DNA of 64,000 nucleotides from an uncultured delta proteobacterium (GCA_963793865.1 CAWCBP010000001.1:576001-640000), one strand, 5' to 3'; shown: positions 32,846 through 43,460, counted from the first letter of the stretch. Made by a program: numbers and translations. The notes: a model not told the origin generated them from the sequence alone.

Positions 32846-35152
32846 TTATCCGCCAAATGGCGAGGGGCGGTAATCGTTCTTAATGGACTGTATGCTGTCC
32901 TGCAGAAGCTTTTTCACATATCCGGGGTTGTGCACTCCTTTACTGCGGTCATTTACGACAAGCTTGTAATTGGTGTAAGCGTTCTCCAGCACCTGATCCG
33001 GATCATCCATGAAGGGCACGGTTCCGCCCTTGTGGCAGCGTGCGCAGTTGCCCGGCTCATTGGCAGGCAGAAAACCGTGATTGTTCCTGGTCAACAGACG
33101 AAACAGTTCGGTGGTGAGGGACTGTATCTCGGTCTGGATTCCGTTGATGTCAAATGTTGTTGCCCCCGGATGGCAGCTTACACATACCGCGATGTTGAGC
33201 GTGTCATCGTCCGTCTCCGGAATGAGGTCAGGACCAAAATCCCGCATCCGCAAGGTGTGCCCGCCTATTTTGAGCACGCCCTTTTCATCGGCGACAGACC
33301 CTGCCGTGCTCATATGGCACGGGACGCATTTATCATCACCGCGGTGATAATTCTTTGTCCCCAGGAAGGGGGTGTAGTCCTCTCCGGGATAGTGATAGCC
33401 GTTGCCGAATTCCCCGGCCCTTCCTTCCAGGATTGCGTTCTGCCACTTTTCGTAATGGCAGGTGTCGCACGCCGTCCCTTTGCTGCCGGTGCGCAATCCA
33501 AAGGGAGCGGCGTTTTCCGGGCCGGGGTGAGGATCGTGACACACTGAGCAGGAGACATTGGGCGTATCTTTGGGAATTGAAGACAGGTCTTCGGGTTCGT
33601 AGTCAAACTCATGAAAGGGTTTGCCTGATTCAACCGCTCCAATATAACCGGGGGTGTAATGGCAGCGGAAACATATGAGCAAATACTCCGGGCTCGGTTC
33701 ATAGTAGCCGAAGGGCAGGGGATCGGAGTGATTGGCCTTCTGCAGCTCGGCGAATTCCACATGGCATTGTCCACAGGTGCCCGGCCAGTAGCTGGTGGAG
33801 AGCTGTAAAGCAGGGTTAGGCGGATCCGCGTTGTGCTCGCTTCCCAAACCGTGGCAGTCCTGACAGCCGGCACCGCCCGCGACCGTTGCATGCGCGGTAG
33901 CCTCATATCCGGCGGCATTGGTGCCGTGGCAGTCGTAACAGGCAGTATCATCGACAGATTCAGAGACCACGATGTTCGTTTCCAGGGGTGTGCTCGCGTT
34001 TCCCTGATCATCCGTGACAACCAGCGAAGCGGTCAGCACGTCTCCCCGCTCGGCATCATCCGGCACGTTAAAAAAAACATTTTCCCCGGTTGCTGAAGGC
34101 TGCAGCCAAAAGCTGACATCTTCGCCGCCGCTGCTCATCAATGTCCAGCGGTAACTGAAAATCGATGCGCTGAAATTGCCGTTCTTGTTTTCATAGATGT
34201 CAAAGCAGGGAGCATCAGGATTAAAAGCCTGCGGTGAGGGGAGATCGGGGTCGATGGCAAAACCGCGCAGATAAACCGGCGTGCCCGCGGCGACAAACCG
34301 TGAACCGGTGCTCGAAGCCGGAACCAGGCCATTATTGTAGATATAGGGCAATTCTGACGGGCCGGGAATAACGGATGCAACGGCTTCCGGAGGCGTGAAA
34401 TAACCCTGCTGTACTATAGCCGGTTGTTCTGAGCCAACCGTGCACGGGTCCGATGCGCCGGCAGCTGCGCGGTATGCGGTTTTTCCCCCGCCGTGCGACT
34501 GCCCGACAGATTCTGTTCCGTTCGCAGCGGCTGATTCTTCCTGCTGCGGCAGCAGGCTCAGGTTCCTGATGATTCTTTTCCCGCCCTCAACGGTAATGTC
34601 TGCTGATGCCGTCGCAAATCCTTCTGCACTGGCTGATATCCTGAACTCGCCTTCGTCCAGGTCTGCGAATCGATATCTGCCCACAATGTCTGTTTGCGTT
34701 TCACCCCGGGTGATAAAAGAACCGTCAACCTTCTGCTGCAATTTGACGGTTGCGTTCCTGAGAGGCCAGCGGATGAGCCCGAGGAGCAGGTTTGCTGTTA
34801 CCTGTCCCCGCAGGATTGATTTTTTCTTCAGGGGAAGGACCAGCTCTGTTTCCTCCCCCGCTGCAACCGCAACAAACCCTGCCGCACCGTGTATGTATCC
34901 TTCAGCATCCACGTCAACCTGGTAATTTCGAAATGGTGTTACCTCTTCAAAAAGAAGTGTTCCTCTGCTGCCGGTAGTCCCGCTGTAATCGCAGGGGGTA
35001 ATGAGAATCCGGGCACCCTCGACAGGGGTGCCGCTCCTGAAATCTTTTACCGTTAGCATAAGGCTTCCCATGCCATTATCAGCCATCGTAGGTGTGACAG
35101 GGATGAGTACTGCAGCCGCGATGATGAATAAAAGGGAACGAATAGCCAACAT
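32846..35152 (-). CDS. Secreted nonaheme c-type cytochrome with N-terminal carboxypeptidase-regulatory-like beta-sandwich domains
   Basis: 9 CxxCH; two PxxGAxV/ASAEGF-type domains; DRSKGVHNPGY C-terminus; SD before ATG 35152. Confidence 0.85.
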   Translation of the reverse strand: MLAIRSLLFIIAAAVLIPVTPTMADNGMGSLMLTVKDFRSGTPVEGARILITPCDYSGTTGSRGTLLFEEVTPFRNYQVDVDAEGYIHGAAGFVAVAAGEETELVLPLKKKSILRGQVTANLLLGLIRWPLRNATVKLQQKVDGSFITRGETQTDIVGRYRFADLDEGEFRISASAEGFATASADITVEGGKRIIRNLSLLPQQEESAAANGTESVGQSHGGGKTAYRAAAGASDPCTVGSEQPAIVQQGYFTPPEAVASVIPGPSELPYIYNNGLVPASSTGSRFVAAGTPVYLRGFAIDPDLPSPQAFNPDAPCFDIYENKNGNFSASIFSYRWTLMSSGGEDVSFWLQPSATGENVFFNVPDDAERGDVLTASLVVTDDQGNASTPLETNIVVSESVDDTACYDCHGTNAAGYEATAHATVAGGAGCQDCHGLGSEHNADPPNPALQLSTSYWPGTCGQCHVEFAELQKANHSDPLPFGYYEPSPEYLLICFRCHYTPGYIGAVESGKPFHEFDYEPEDLSSIPKDTPNVSCSVCHDPHPGPENAAPFGLRTGSKGTACDTCHYEKWQNAILEGRAGEFGNGYHYPGEDYTPFLGTKNYHRGDDKCVPCHMSTAGSVADEKGVLKIGGHTLRMRDFGPDLIPETDDDTLNIAVCVSCHPGATTFDINGIQTEIQSLTTELFRLLTRNNHGFLPANEPGNCARCHKGGTVPFMDDPDQVLENAYTNYKLVVNDRSKGVHNPGYVKKLLQDSIQSIKNDYRPSPFGG

Positions 35153-35536
35153 ACACACTCCTTTCAGGACGGTTAATGAGCATCCTTGAATGTATGATAA
35201 AATTTTACGCAAATTTGTGCAAGCTATTTAAAAATACTGCACAATATTTACACCATCCCGCCGTAAAGCCGTATGACTTAAATCATATATTTGATTTTTT
35301 TTGATGGATGCGGCAATACGGCGTGCCATAATAACCTATAATTATAAAATAATCATTCAGAAAAAAAGCAAAATATCTTGACATAAAAGCTAAATTATTA
35401 TATTGAAAAATCAAAATTAAGAATGCTATGAGGTGCATGGCTGAAGCTGTGCAGCAAGCGTCACTGGGAAGCCGGCATATTGCATCTTTAAACCTGACAG
35501 GCACTGATTTCCCTGCCCGCAAGGAGGCCTTGCACG

Positions 35537-36004
35537 ATGAGATTAACAACCAAAAGCAGATACGGCGCACGCGCCATTTTTGATATAGCCTACCATTCAT
35601 CGGGGGCGCCGGTGCAAATCAAGGAGATTGCCGTAAGGCAGCAGATACCCCAGCGCTACCTGGAGCAGATCTTTCACAAGCTGAAACAGGCCAAGGTGGT
35701 AAAAAGTGTCCGCGGACCGGGGGGAGGATATCTGCTGGCCAAAGAGCCCGCGAAAATTACCCTGACAGAAATCATCAAGGCCATGAGGGAACCCATTGAT
35801 CCGGTTTTCTGCGCGGAGAACGTCAGCGGCCCGGTCAAAAAATGCGCCAGGCTTGAGGAGTGCGTGACGCAGCAAATCTGGAAGGAAGCCGGCGCGAAAA
35901 TAACAGCATATTTTGATTCCATTACCGTTGCAGACCTCTGCCAGAGGGCACAGAGCATGGGCATTAAGAAAAACACCCAGCACCGGTTCGATTATAGCAT
36001 ATGA
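35537..36004 (+). CDS. Rrf2 family regulator (IscR/CymR-like, three Cys)
   Basis: MRLTTKSRYG, YLEQIF and SVRGPGGGY motifs; C-x10-C-x5-C. Confidence 0.93.
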   Translation: MRLTTKSRYGARAIFDIAYHSSGAPVQIKEIAVRQQIPQRYLEQIFHKLKQAKVVKSVRGPGGGYLLAKEPAKITLTEIIKAMREPIDPVFCAENVSGPVKKCARLEECVTQQIWKEAGAKITAYFDSITVADLCQRAQSMGIKKNTQHRFDYSI

Positions 36005-36120
36005 CTGCCGGCAGCAGGGGCATGTGCGCCGTTGGTCTCGTAACCATAATGATGCTCGCTCTGATGGTCGATGCTTGATCGGAGAGCAGTGTGTCATGCC
36101 ACGTATGGAGGGGAAGCAGT

Positions 36121-37047
36121 ATGAGTAAAATCGCAAAGGATATTACGCAACTGATCGGCAATACACCCCTGGTGCGGCTGAACAAGGTTGCCCGGGGCCT
36201 GAAAGCGGAACTCATTGCCAAGCTGGAATATTTCAACCCCAGTTCCAGCGTCAAGGACCGTATCGGGTTGAGCATGATAGAGGCCGCGGAACAATCGGGC
36301 CTGCTTAAGAAGAATACGGTGATTGTTGAGCCCACCAGCGGCAACACAGGAATCGCCCTGGCTTTTGTGTGCGCGGCGCGAGGCTATAAATTGATTCTCA
36401 CCATGCCTGACACCATGAGCCTGGAACGGAGGCAGCTGCTGGCTGCGTTCGGGGCGGAGCTGGTTCTGACGCCGGGGGCGAAGGGCATCTCAGGTGCGGT
36501 AAAGAAGGCGGAGGAACTGGTTGCCGGGAACCCGGGATACTTCATGCCGCAGCAATTTGAAAATCCGGCCAATCCCGAAATTCACCGCAGGACCACCGCG
36601 CAGGAGATATGGAGAGATACCGACGGCATGGTGGACATGCTGGTTGCCGGGGTGGGCACGGGCGGCACCATCACCGGTGTGGCGGAAGTGATCAAGAAGA
36701 AAAAGCCGGCTTTTAAGGCCATTGCCGTCGAACCGGCAGACTCACCGGTATTGTCCGGCGGTCAGCCCGGACCTCATAAAATTCAGGGCATCGGCGCGGG
36801 CTTTGTGCCGGGTGTGCTGAATCTAAAGGTGATTGACGAAATCATTTCCGTGACCTATGATGATGCCAGAAAAGCGGCACAGCGTCTGGCCAGGGAGGAA
36901 GGCATACTGGCCGGCATTTCATCGGGTGCGGCAACATGGGCAGCCCTCGAGGTTGCCCGCCGCGAGGAGAGCAAAGGTAAAATGATGGTGGTTATCCTGC
37001 CCTCCACCGGCGAACGCTATCTCACAACCGACCTCTTCAAGCAGTAA
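36121..37047 (+). CDS. cysK: Cysteine synthase A
   Basis: SVKDR (PLP Lys), [15 protein letters not shown] and HKIQGIG motifs. Confidence 0.97.
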   Translation: MSKIAKDITQLIGNTPLVRLNKVARGLKAELIAKLEYFNPSSSVKDRIGLSMIEAAEQSGLLKKNTVIVEPTSGNTGIALAFVCAARGYKLILTMPDTMSLERRQLLAAFGAELVLTPGAKGISGAVKKAEELVAGNPGYFMPQQFENPANPEIHRRTTAQEIWRDTDGMVDMLVAGVGTGGTITGVAEVIKKKKPAFKAIAVEPADSPVLSGGQPGPHKIQGIGAGFVPGVLNLKVIDEIISVTYDDARKAAQRLAREEGILAGISSGAATWAALEVARREESKGKMMVVILPSTGERYLTTDLFKQ

Positions 37048-37091
37048 ATGACCGCTGGTGCCGGCTGCACCTGATGGTAGGGAGATCACTG

Positions 37092-38309
37092 ATGACCAAA
37101 ACCATTAAGGAGATTAACGAGCGCATAAAAAAGGGAAAAGCGGTGGTGGTGACGGCTGAGGAAGTGATTGAGCTGGCCAGTGCAAAAGGTTTCAAGAAAG
37201 CCGCGCAGGAAGTTGACGTCGTGACCACGGGCACCTTTGGCCCCATGTGTTCCTCCGGCGCCTACTTGAATCTGGGCCATTCAAAGCCAAGAATTAAAGT
37301 GGGGGGAGGCACCGTCTATCTCAACAATGTCCCTGCTTATACCGGACTGGCAGCGGTGGACGTATACATCGGGGCAACCGCGGTTCCGGATGATGACCCC
37401 CGGAACAGCGTGTACCCCGGCACCTTCAGCTACGGGGGGGGGCATGTCATTGAAGATCTGGTGGGCGGAAAAGACGTAAAGCTGGTGGGCACATCGTATG
37501 GAACCGACTGCTATCCGCGCAAGGCAATAGAAACCTGGATTAACATCAAGGATTTAAACGAGGCGGTGCTATTCAATCCGCGAAACTGTTACCAGAACTA
37601 TAACGTGGCGGTCAATCTTTCCGAACGGGTTATTTATACTTACATGGGCATGCTGCAGCCGCGGCTGGGAAATGCCAATTATAGCAGTGCCGGTCAGCTG
37701 TCACCCCTGCTCAATGATCCATTCTATAAGACCATAGGATTGGGGACGAGAATTTTTCTTGGCGGCGGAGTCGGATACGTGGTGTGGAACGGCACCCAGC
37801 ACAACCCCGGTGTACAGCGGACAGCCGGCGGTGTTCCCCGCTCACCTGCCGGAACGCTGGCGGTGATGGGTGATCTCAAGGGCATGAGTCCCGCCTGGCT
37901 GAAGGGCGCCAGCTTTACCGGGTACGGGGCGACCATGACCGTGGGTATCGGCATACCCATACCCGTTTTGAATGAAGAGGTTTTTGGGTATACCCTGGTC
38001 AAAGATGAAGAGATTGTGAGCCAGATTGTGGATTACAGCCAGGCCTATCCCCAGGTGCAACCGGGGAGCCTGGGCGAGGTGAACTACAGGGCACTGAGGA
38101 GCGGCAGCATTACCATTAACGGGAAGCAGGTGCCTACCGGAGGCATTTCGAGCTATGCCAAGGCCCGTGAGATTGCGCAGCTGCTGAAGGGGTGGATAGC
38201 GGAAGGGTCGTTCCTGCTTTCCGAGCCTGTCGCCGCACTTCCTTCCGCAGAATCCGGGGTCAAATGCAAGCTGCTGAACGAGCGGCCGCTTCCCAAGACG
38301 CATTATTAA
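37092..38309 (+). CDS. Homocysteine biosynthesis protein (DUF39 / MA1821-type aspartate-semialdehyde sulfurtransferase)
   Basis: KTIKEINERI, VDVVTTGTFGPMCSSG, GTDCYP and NPRNCYQNY motifs. Confidence 0.88.
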   Translation: MTKTIKEINERIKKGKAVVVTAEEVIELASAKGFKKAAQEVDVVTTGTFGPMCSSGAYLNLGHSKPRIKVGGGTVYLNNVPAYTGLAAVDVYIGATAVPDDDPRNSVYPGTFSYGGGHVIEDLVGGKDVKLVGTSYGTDCYPRKAIETWINIKDLNEAVLFNPRNCYQNYNVAVNLSERVIYTYMGMLQPRLGNANYSSAGQLSPLLNDPFYKTIGLGTRIFLGGGVGYVVWNGTQHNPGVQRTAGGVPRSPAGTLAVMGDLKGMSPAWLKGASFTGYGATMTVGIGIPIPVLNEEVFGYTLVKDEEIVSQIVDYSQAYPQVQPGSLGEVNYRALRSGSITINGKQVPTGGISSYAKAREIAQLLKGWIAEGSFLLSEPVAALPSAESGVKCKLLNERPLPKTHY

Positions 38310-38341
38310 TTGATGACCTAACCCGAACAAGGAGATGGTTG

Positions 38342-38749
38342 ATGAAACAAAAGCGGGTGGTGCTCACCTTTCCCCCCGAACTTGTCGAGCAGCCGATGGT
38401 CTACAACCTGATTAAGAAATACGACCTGATGGTCAGTATTTTGCGGGCTAACATAACCGCCAACGAAGAGGGCAGGCTGGTCATGGAAGTGCGCGGGAAA
38501 AAAAATGATGTGGACGCGGGCATGGCATATCTGGCCGGCATCGGCATCCAGATTCAACCATTGGCCCAGGACATCAAATGGCATGAAAAGAGATGCATCC
38601 ACTGCACGTTTTGCGTCCCGACCTGTCCCACCGGTGCGCTGCAGGTTGATAAAAAAAGCCTGCTGGTCTCTTTTGTCAAGGAAAAATGCATAGCCTGTGA
38701 AATTTGCGTCAAGGTCTGCCCGTACAAGGTGGTGGAGATCCAGTTTTGA
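38342..38749 (+). CDS. NIL-domain 2[4Fe-4S] ferredoxin (MA1822-type partner)
   Basis: NIL-like SILRANIT; CIHCTFCVPTCP and CIACEICVKVCP. Confidence 0.88.
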   Translation: MKQKRVVLTFPPELVEQPMVYNLIKKYDLMVSILRANITANEEGRLVMEVRGKKNDVDAGMAYLAGIGIQIQPLAQDIKWHEKRCIHCTFCVPTCPTGALQVDKKSLLVSFVKEKCIACEICVKVCPYKVVEIQF

Positions 38750-38760
38750 AGGGGAGATGT

Positions 38761-39213
38761 ATGGCAACTGTTATTGCCGTGTGCAGGAGTGCGACCAAAG
38801 GTACCAGCAAGGAGAATATTCACCGCGGTTTCTTCAAGGAAAATTACGGACTGCTTGAGGATGCCCACAGCGATTCAGCCTGGCACCGGCAGGTAAGCCT
38901 GCTGGCACGGGAAAGCATCCGCAAGATGGAGGCCATGGGGCTTAAGCTCAAGCCCGGGGATTTTGCCGAGAACATAACCACCGAGGGACTGGACCTGGTA
39001 AGCCTTCCCCTGGGAACCAGACTTGAGGTTGGTAATGAGGTTATCTTGGAGGTCACCCAGATCGGCAAAGAGTGCCACACCGGCTGTGCGATTTTCAAAA
39101 AGGTGGGGAAATGCATCATGCCCCGTGAAGGCATTTTTGCCAGGGTGATACGCGGTGGCACAATCCAGGAAGGGGATGGCATTCAGATAGCACCGGAGAT
39201 TAATACCCCCTGA
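38761..39213 (+). CDS. MOSC-domain protein
   Basis: DAH...HRQVSLL, GDFAENITT, QIGKECH and CIMPREGIF motifs. Confidence 0.9.
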   Translation: MATVIAVCRSATKGTSKENIHRGFFKENYGLLEDAHSDSAWHRQVSLLARESIRKMEAMGLKLKPGDFAENITTEGLDLVSLPLGTRLEVGNEVILEVTQIGKECHTGCAIFKKVGKCIMPREGIFARVIRGGTIQEGDGIQIAPEINTP

Positions 39214-39392
39214 AGGAGAACCGAGCGCGTGCAGGTCCGGGGCATTTTCTGAAAACACCCGAAACATGGAACTGCGGCACCGGTTTGCTGTTTGCCCTCC
39301 CCGGAGATTCCTTCCGCTCTTCATTTCCGCGAATCATAAGTACCTGAACCGTCATTCACATTCATGGATGAGCATCAGTCAAGGTTGGATAA

Positions 39393-40484
39393 ATGAGCCG
39401 GGCGGCGAAGATGAAAGTTGCAGTCGGGCTGAGCGGCGGCGTTGATTCGTCGGTGGCCGCCGCCCTGCTCAAGGAAAAGGGCTATGAGGTAATCGGCCTT
39501 TTCATGAAGCTGTGGGAGGGAGACGGTAACCCCGCAGGCGGAGAGCACGGCGGGTGCTCAGCGGGGGGGGCAGATGACCTCGTGATCGCCCGCTCCATTG
39601 CAGAGCAGCTTGCCATTCCTTTTTATGCGGTGGATCTGGCCGGGGAATACAGGGCTGCTGTCCTCGATTATTGCAAGAGAGAGTATCTTGCCGGCAGGAC
39701 CCCCAATCCATGTATCCGCTGCAATCAGCAGGTTAAATTCGGATCCCTCATTACCAGGGCGCGTCAATCAGGAATCGATTTTGATCTCTTTGCCACCGGG
39801 CACTATGCACGGGTTGACCGCCGCGAAGGGGAGAAGCGGTTCTTTTTGAAGAAGGGCAGGGATGTGCGCAAGGACCAGTCATACTGGCTTGCATTCCTGG
39901 GGCAGCAGCAGCTGGGCATGACGCTGTTTCCGCTCGGTGAGCAGGTGAAAACCGAGATGCGGGCAAAGGCAAAATGCCTCGGTTTATCTACCTGCGATAA
40001 GCCGGACAGCCAGGATTTCTTTGCCGGGGACTACAAAAAACTTATCGATGTTTCACCCCGGCCGGGACCAATTATTGATCAGTCGGGCAGCGTGCTGGGA
40101 TCTCACAACGGCATATGGTCCTATACCATCGGCCAGAGAAAGGGCCTGGGCATTGCGGCAAAAGAACCGCTCTACGTGATTGATGTGGATGCGGCGAACA
40201 ATGCGGTTGTCGTCGGTTTCGCGCCGGAGCTTAATCATGGCGGTCTGGTTGCGTCCGGGCTTAATTTGATAGCCTGCGATTTCATTGACAGGCCGCGGGA
40301 GGTAGAGGTGAAGATACGCTACACGCAAAAGTCCTTCCCCGGGGTGCTGACCCAACTGGACCAGGAAACAGCGGCGGTAAGCTTCACGCAACCCCAGTCT
40401 GCAATAACCCCCGGGCAGGCAGTAGTATTTTATGATGGAGATTGCGTGCTGGGCGGGGCCATCATTGAGCGGGCGGTTGACTGA
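39393..40484 (+). CDS. mnmA: tRNA 2-thiouridine(34) synthase
   Basis: SGGVDS, TPNPCIRCN, ATGHY, KDQSY, TIGQRKG and PGQAVV motifs. Confidence 0.95.
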   Translation: MSRAAKMKVAVGLSGGVDSSVAAALLKEKGYEVIGLFMKLWEGDGNPAGGEHGGCSAGGADDLVIARSIAEQLAIPFYAVDLAGEYRAAVLDYCKREYLAGRTPNPCIRCNQQVKFGSLITRARQSGIDFDLFATGHYARVDRREGEKRFFLKKGRDVRKDQSYWLAFLGQQQLGMTLFPLGEQVKTEMRAKAKCLGLSTCDKPDSQDFFAGDYKKLIDVSPRPGPIIDQSGSVLGSHNGIWSYTIGQRKGLGIAAKEPLYVIDVDAANNAVVVGFAPELNHGGLVASGLNLIACDFIDRPREVEVKIRYTQKSFPGVLTQLDQETAAVSFTQPQSAITPGQAVVFYDGDCVLGGAIIERAVD

Positions 40485-40539
40485 AGCGGACTTCCGCTGG
40501 CAAGGCTGTGCGATTTTCTCAGCTGAAAGGAACTGGTGC

Positions 40540-41574
40540 ATGAACCGCGACAGCAGGTGTCAGTCCTATGAATTTTTACGGGTGCTGACAGACCGCATCA
40601 TCTCCGGCGGCAGGATATCTCCTCAAGAAGCTGAGCGGATTATGCGGCTGCATGCACATGAAGAAGTCATTATGCTCATCTGCCACGCCACGGTGCTGCG
40701 GAACCATTTTAAGGGTAAGGGCATTGAACTCTGCTCCATTGTGAATGCAAAATCAGGACATTGCACGGAGGATTGCATATTCTGCGCGCAATCAGCCCGC
40801 TATTCCACGGAGATAAAACCCCATCCTTTGTTAAGCGCCGGAGAGTTGGTCTCAAAAGCGAAAGAGGCTGAAAGCTCCGGTGCTGCGCGTTTCGGCATTG
40901 TAACCAGCGGCAGGGGCATTCTCAGCCGCAGGGAACTGGAGAGCCTGTGTGAGTCGGTTCAAAGGATCCGCGCGGAGACCAGTCTTATTCCCTGCGCCTC
41001 TCTTGGCATTCTCGCCGATGAGGACGTCCGCTGTCTTGGTGATGCCGGTCTTACAAGATATCATCACAACCTAGAGACCGCAGAGGGCTATTTCCCCTTG
41101 ATTTGCACCACTCACTCCTATCAGGAACGGTTCAGAACCATCCGTGCCGCCAAAAAGGCCGGGATGGAGGTCTGCGCCGGCGGCATTTTCGGCCTCGGTG
41201 AAACGCCGCAGCAGCGCGTTGAACTGGCATGTGCGCTGCGTGAGCTTGAGGTCGAATCGGTTCCCTTGAATTTTCTCAACCCTGTCAGGGGAACACCCGC
41301 GGGAGGGTATGCGATTCTCCCACCCCTTGAAATTCTTACCACCATTGCCCTGTTCCGGTTTGTGCTTCCTGCACAGGATATCAGGGTGTGCGGGGGAAGG
41401 GAGACCGGATTGAGAACGCTGCAGCCGCTCATGTACCTGGCAGGCGCCAATGCTACCATGGCAGGCAGCTATTTAACCACTGGCGGGCGGAATCCTGACG
41501 TTGATCTCCAGGAAATCAGGGATTTGGCCCTGGAGGTCCTGACTCTTCGGGATGGCGCACGAACGGGTTCATAG
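40540..41574 (+). CDS. bioB: Biotin synthase
   Basis: CTEDCIFCAQS, YHHNLET, VPLNFLNP and YLTT motifs. Confidence 0.93.
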   Translation: MNRDSRCQSYEFLRVLTDRIISGGRISPQEAERIMRLHAHEEVIMLICHATVLRNHFKGKGIELCSIVNAKSGHCTEDCIFCAQSARYSTEIKPHPLLSAGELVSKAKEAESSGAARFGIVTSGRGILSRRELESLCESVQRIRAETSLIPCASLGILADEDVRCLGDAGLTRYHHNLETAEGYFPLICTTHSYQERFRTIRAAKKAGMEVCAGGIFGLGETPQQRVELACALRELEVESVPLNFLNPVRGTPAGGYAILPPLEILTTIALFRFVLPAQDIRVCGGRETGLRTLQPLMYLAGANATMAGSYLTTGGRNPDVDLQEIRDLALEVLTLRDGARTGS

Positions 41575-41644
41575 CAGGCGCCGGTACTCTCAATGGCGGC
41601 GGGTTGCTGCGGGTGAGGGAGTCCCGGGGGAAAACGCGCGTGGA

Positions 41645-42349
41645 TTACGGTGTGATGCCAATGCCTTCTGCTGTTTGTTGCAACAGTTCGTAGTTCCTGA
41701 CGATGATCTCTTTTCCCTTGATATCAATGATCTGTTCCTGCCTGAGTCTCGAGAGATTGCGAATGACGGTTTCCTGCTTGATACCCAAATGCTCTGACAG
41801 TTCCTGCCGCGAAATAAGCAGGTTTAGCTTTCTGGGATTTTTCTCACAGTCGCACTGCGAATTGTAAAGCGTTAAGAGAAAATAGGCCAGGCGCTCCCTG
41901 GCAGTTCCGGTTCCGATGGTAAACAGAAGGTTTTCATTCCGTTCCAATTCCTTGGAGGCGGCCTGCAGAAGGCGATGGTTGATGTCGGGTTCATCTGCAA
42001 GCAGCTTGCGAAAATCACGCGCCCCGATCCGGCAGAGGACGCTCTCGACAATGGTTTCCGCAGTGTCGAGATAGGTGCTTCTGAACAGTGAATTAAAACC
42101 CAGAATGGCTCCGGTGCCGTCAATCCTTAAAATCTGGCTGCGCCCATCTGTCTGCGTTTTGTAAAGCTTGACCGTTCCCCGTTTGATCAGGAAGATGCTT
42201 TCAACCGGATCGCCTGCACAATAGACAATGTGCTTTTTGGGAAAGGCCGTTTCGCGGATGAACTTCTCGATTCGCTCGAGCTGATGATGGCGCAGATCAC
42301 CGAAGATGGTGGTTTTTCTCGCCGTGCACAAGTTGCATTGGCTGGTCAT
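41645..42349 (-). CDS. Crp/Fnr family regulator with N-terminal CxxC
   Basis: cNMP-binding fold; ERLA; C-terminal HTH ETVIRNLS. Confidence 0.9.
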   Translation of the reverse strand: MTSQCNLCTARKTTIFGDLRHHQLERIEKFIRETAFPKKHIVYCAGDPVESIFLIKRGTVKLYKTQTDGRSQILRIDGTGAILGFNSLFRSTYLDTAETIVESVLCRIGARDFRKLLADEPDINHRLLQAASKELERNENLLFTIGTGTARERLAYFLLTLYNSQCDCEKNPRKLNLLISRQELSEHLGIKQETVIRNLSRLRQEQIIDIKGKEIIVRNYELLQQTAEGIGITP

Positions 42350-42764
42350 TACACATTCCTTGTGCTGGGTGTGTTACATCATTCTCTTGTACCGACCGTG
42401 CGCGGCATGCCGGCCAATTTCCCGCATCAGTCTCCACGGTCTTCCGGTTGTCTCAGGCAGATAAGCAGGGCATGCTCAGCGTGGTGCCGCCGGCAGCGGG
42501 GCCAGGCACAGTATAGGACAAACCTCGCCCTGTGTCAATCGGTCGGTTTGTGTTACCGGTGCCGGGAGAAAAAGGGGCGTTATCGATACACCGGCAGCAT
42601 TTTTGTTTGCATTCATCCACAAGATGGGGTAGGATTTCAAATCATTAACCGTGTTCCCTTTATTGGGCGGGGGATCATCAGGCTTTATGCCTGAGGGTAA
42701 CGGCGATGGGGAGGGGGTGCAAACGGAAAGGACAGAGGGGCGCCGGGGTGAATCGCGCGAAGAC

Positions 42765-43151
42765 ATGCACGGGATGCTGCGTGTTCTGGTGATTGATGAC
42801 GATGCGGAGATCCGCAGGCTGCTCTGTGAAATACTCGCCTCTGCCGGTCATCTGGTTGCCGATGCCGGGAACGGAGCGGACGGTGTGGAGATCTTTAAAA
42901 AAGAAGCATTTGACCTGGTGCTGACGGATTTGGAAATGCCGGAAATGTCAGGGTGGGAGGTTGCCCGGTCGATCAAACATCATAACCCGGATGTTACCAT
43001 AGCGCTCATAACCGGATGGGGAGAAACCATCGATATCTCTCAACTCCGGGAAAGCGGCATCAGCACAATCATCAATAAACCGTTCAGAATGGATCAGATT
43101 ATACATCTTGCCCGGGAAGTTGGGGCGGGAACGCCGTCCGGGCAGAAATGA
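42765..43151 (+). CDS. Single-domain response regulator
   Basis: VLVIDDD, DLEMPEMSG and KPF motifs. Confidence 0.88.
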   Translation: MHGMLRVLVIDDDAEIRRLLCEILASAGHLVADAGNGADGVEIFKKEAFDLVLTDLEMPEMSGWEVARSIKHHNPDVTIALITGWGETIDISQLRESGISTIINKPFRMDQIIHLAREVGAGTPSGQK

Positions 43152-43154
43152 CGT

Positions 43155-43460
43155 TTACTCAATGGGGGTTCGGATCCTGTCCTTCAGTTCTCCGAGCTTC
43201 CCTTTATTCCATTGAGAAACCCTGGTATAATAGCCGGTAATTCTTGTGATGTGTTCCACTTCGAGTCCCCGGTTTACCTCCGACATGATTTCGGCGGCGG
43301 TTAATTTTTCTACCACCTCGTTATCTATTTTCGTGCAGGAATCAGGATTGTTGACATAGAAGGGCAGGTGCCTGTTTCTGAAATAGGTGTGGCTGCCATC
43401 AAACCGGCATTCTATCTGCCGGTTCTCTTCCAGAAAGCGAACAAGTTCGGATTTATTCAT
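43155..43460 (-). CDS. Stand-alone miniprotein matching the glycyl-radical C-terminus of class III RNR (NrdD)
   Basis: ITRITGYYTRVSQWNKGKLGELKDR; own SD GGAGG; 101 aa. Confidence 0.75.
   Translation of the reverse strand: MNKSELVRFLEENRQIECRFDGSHTYFRNRHLPFYVNNPDSCTKIDNEVVEKLTAAEIMSEVNRGLEVEHITRITGYYTRVSQWNKGKLGELKDRIRTPIE

Noticed and set aside
35455..35500. Cobalamin riboswitch (CACTGGGAAG) upstream of rrf2
   Set aside because: Only a short motif matches. The 5' GGGAA/GGTG core and the B12 box are not evident.
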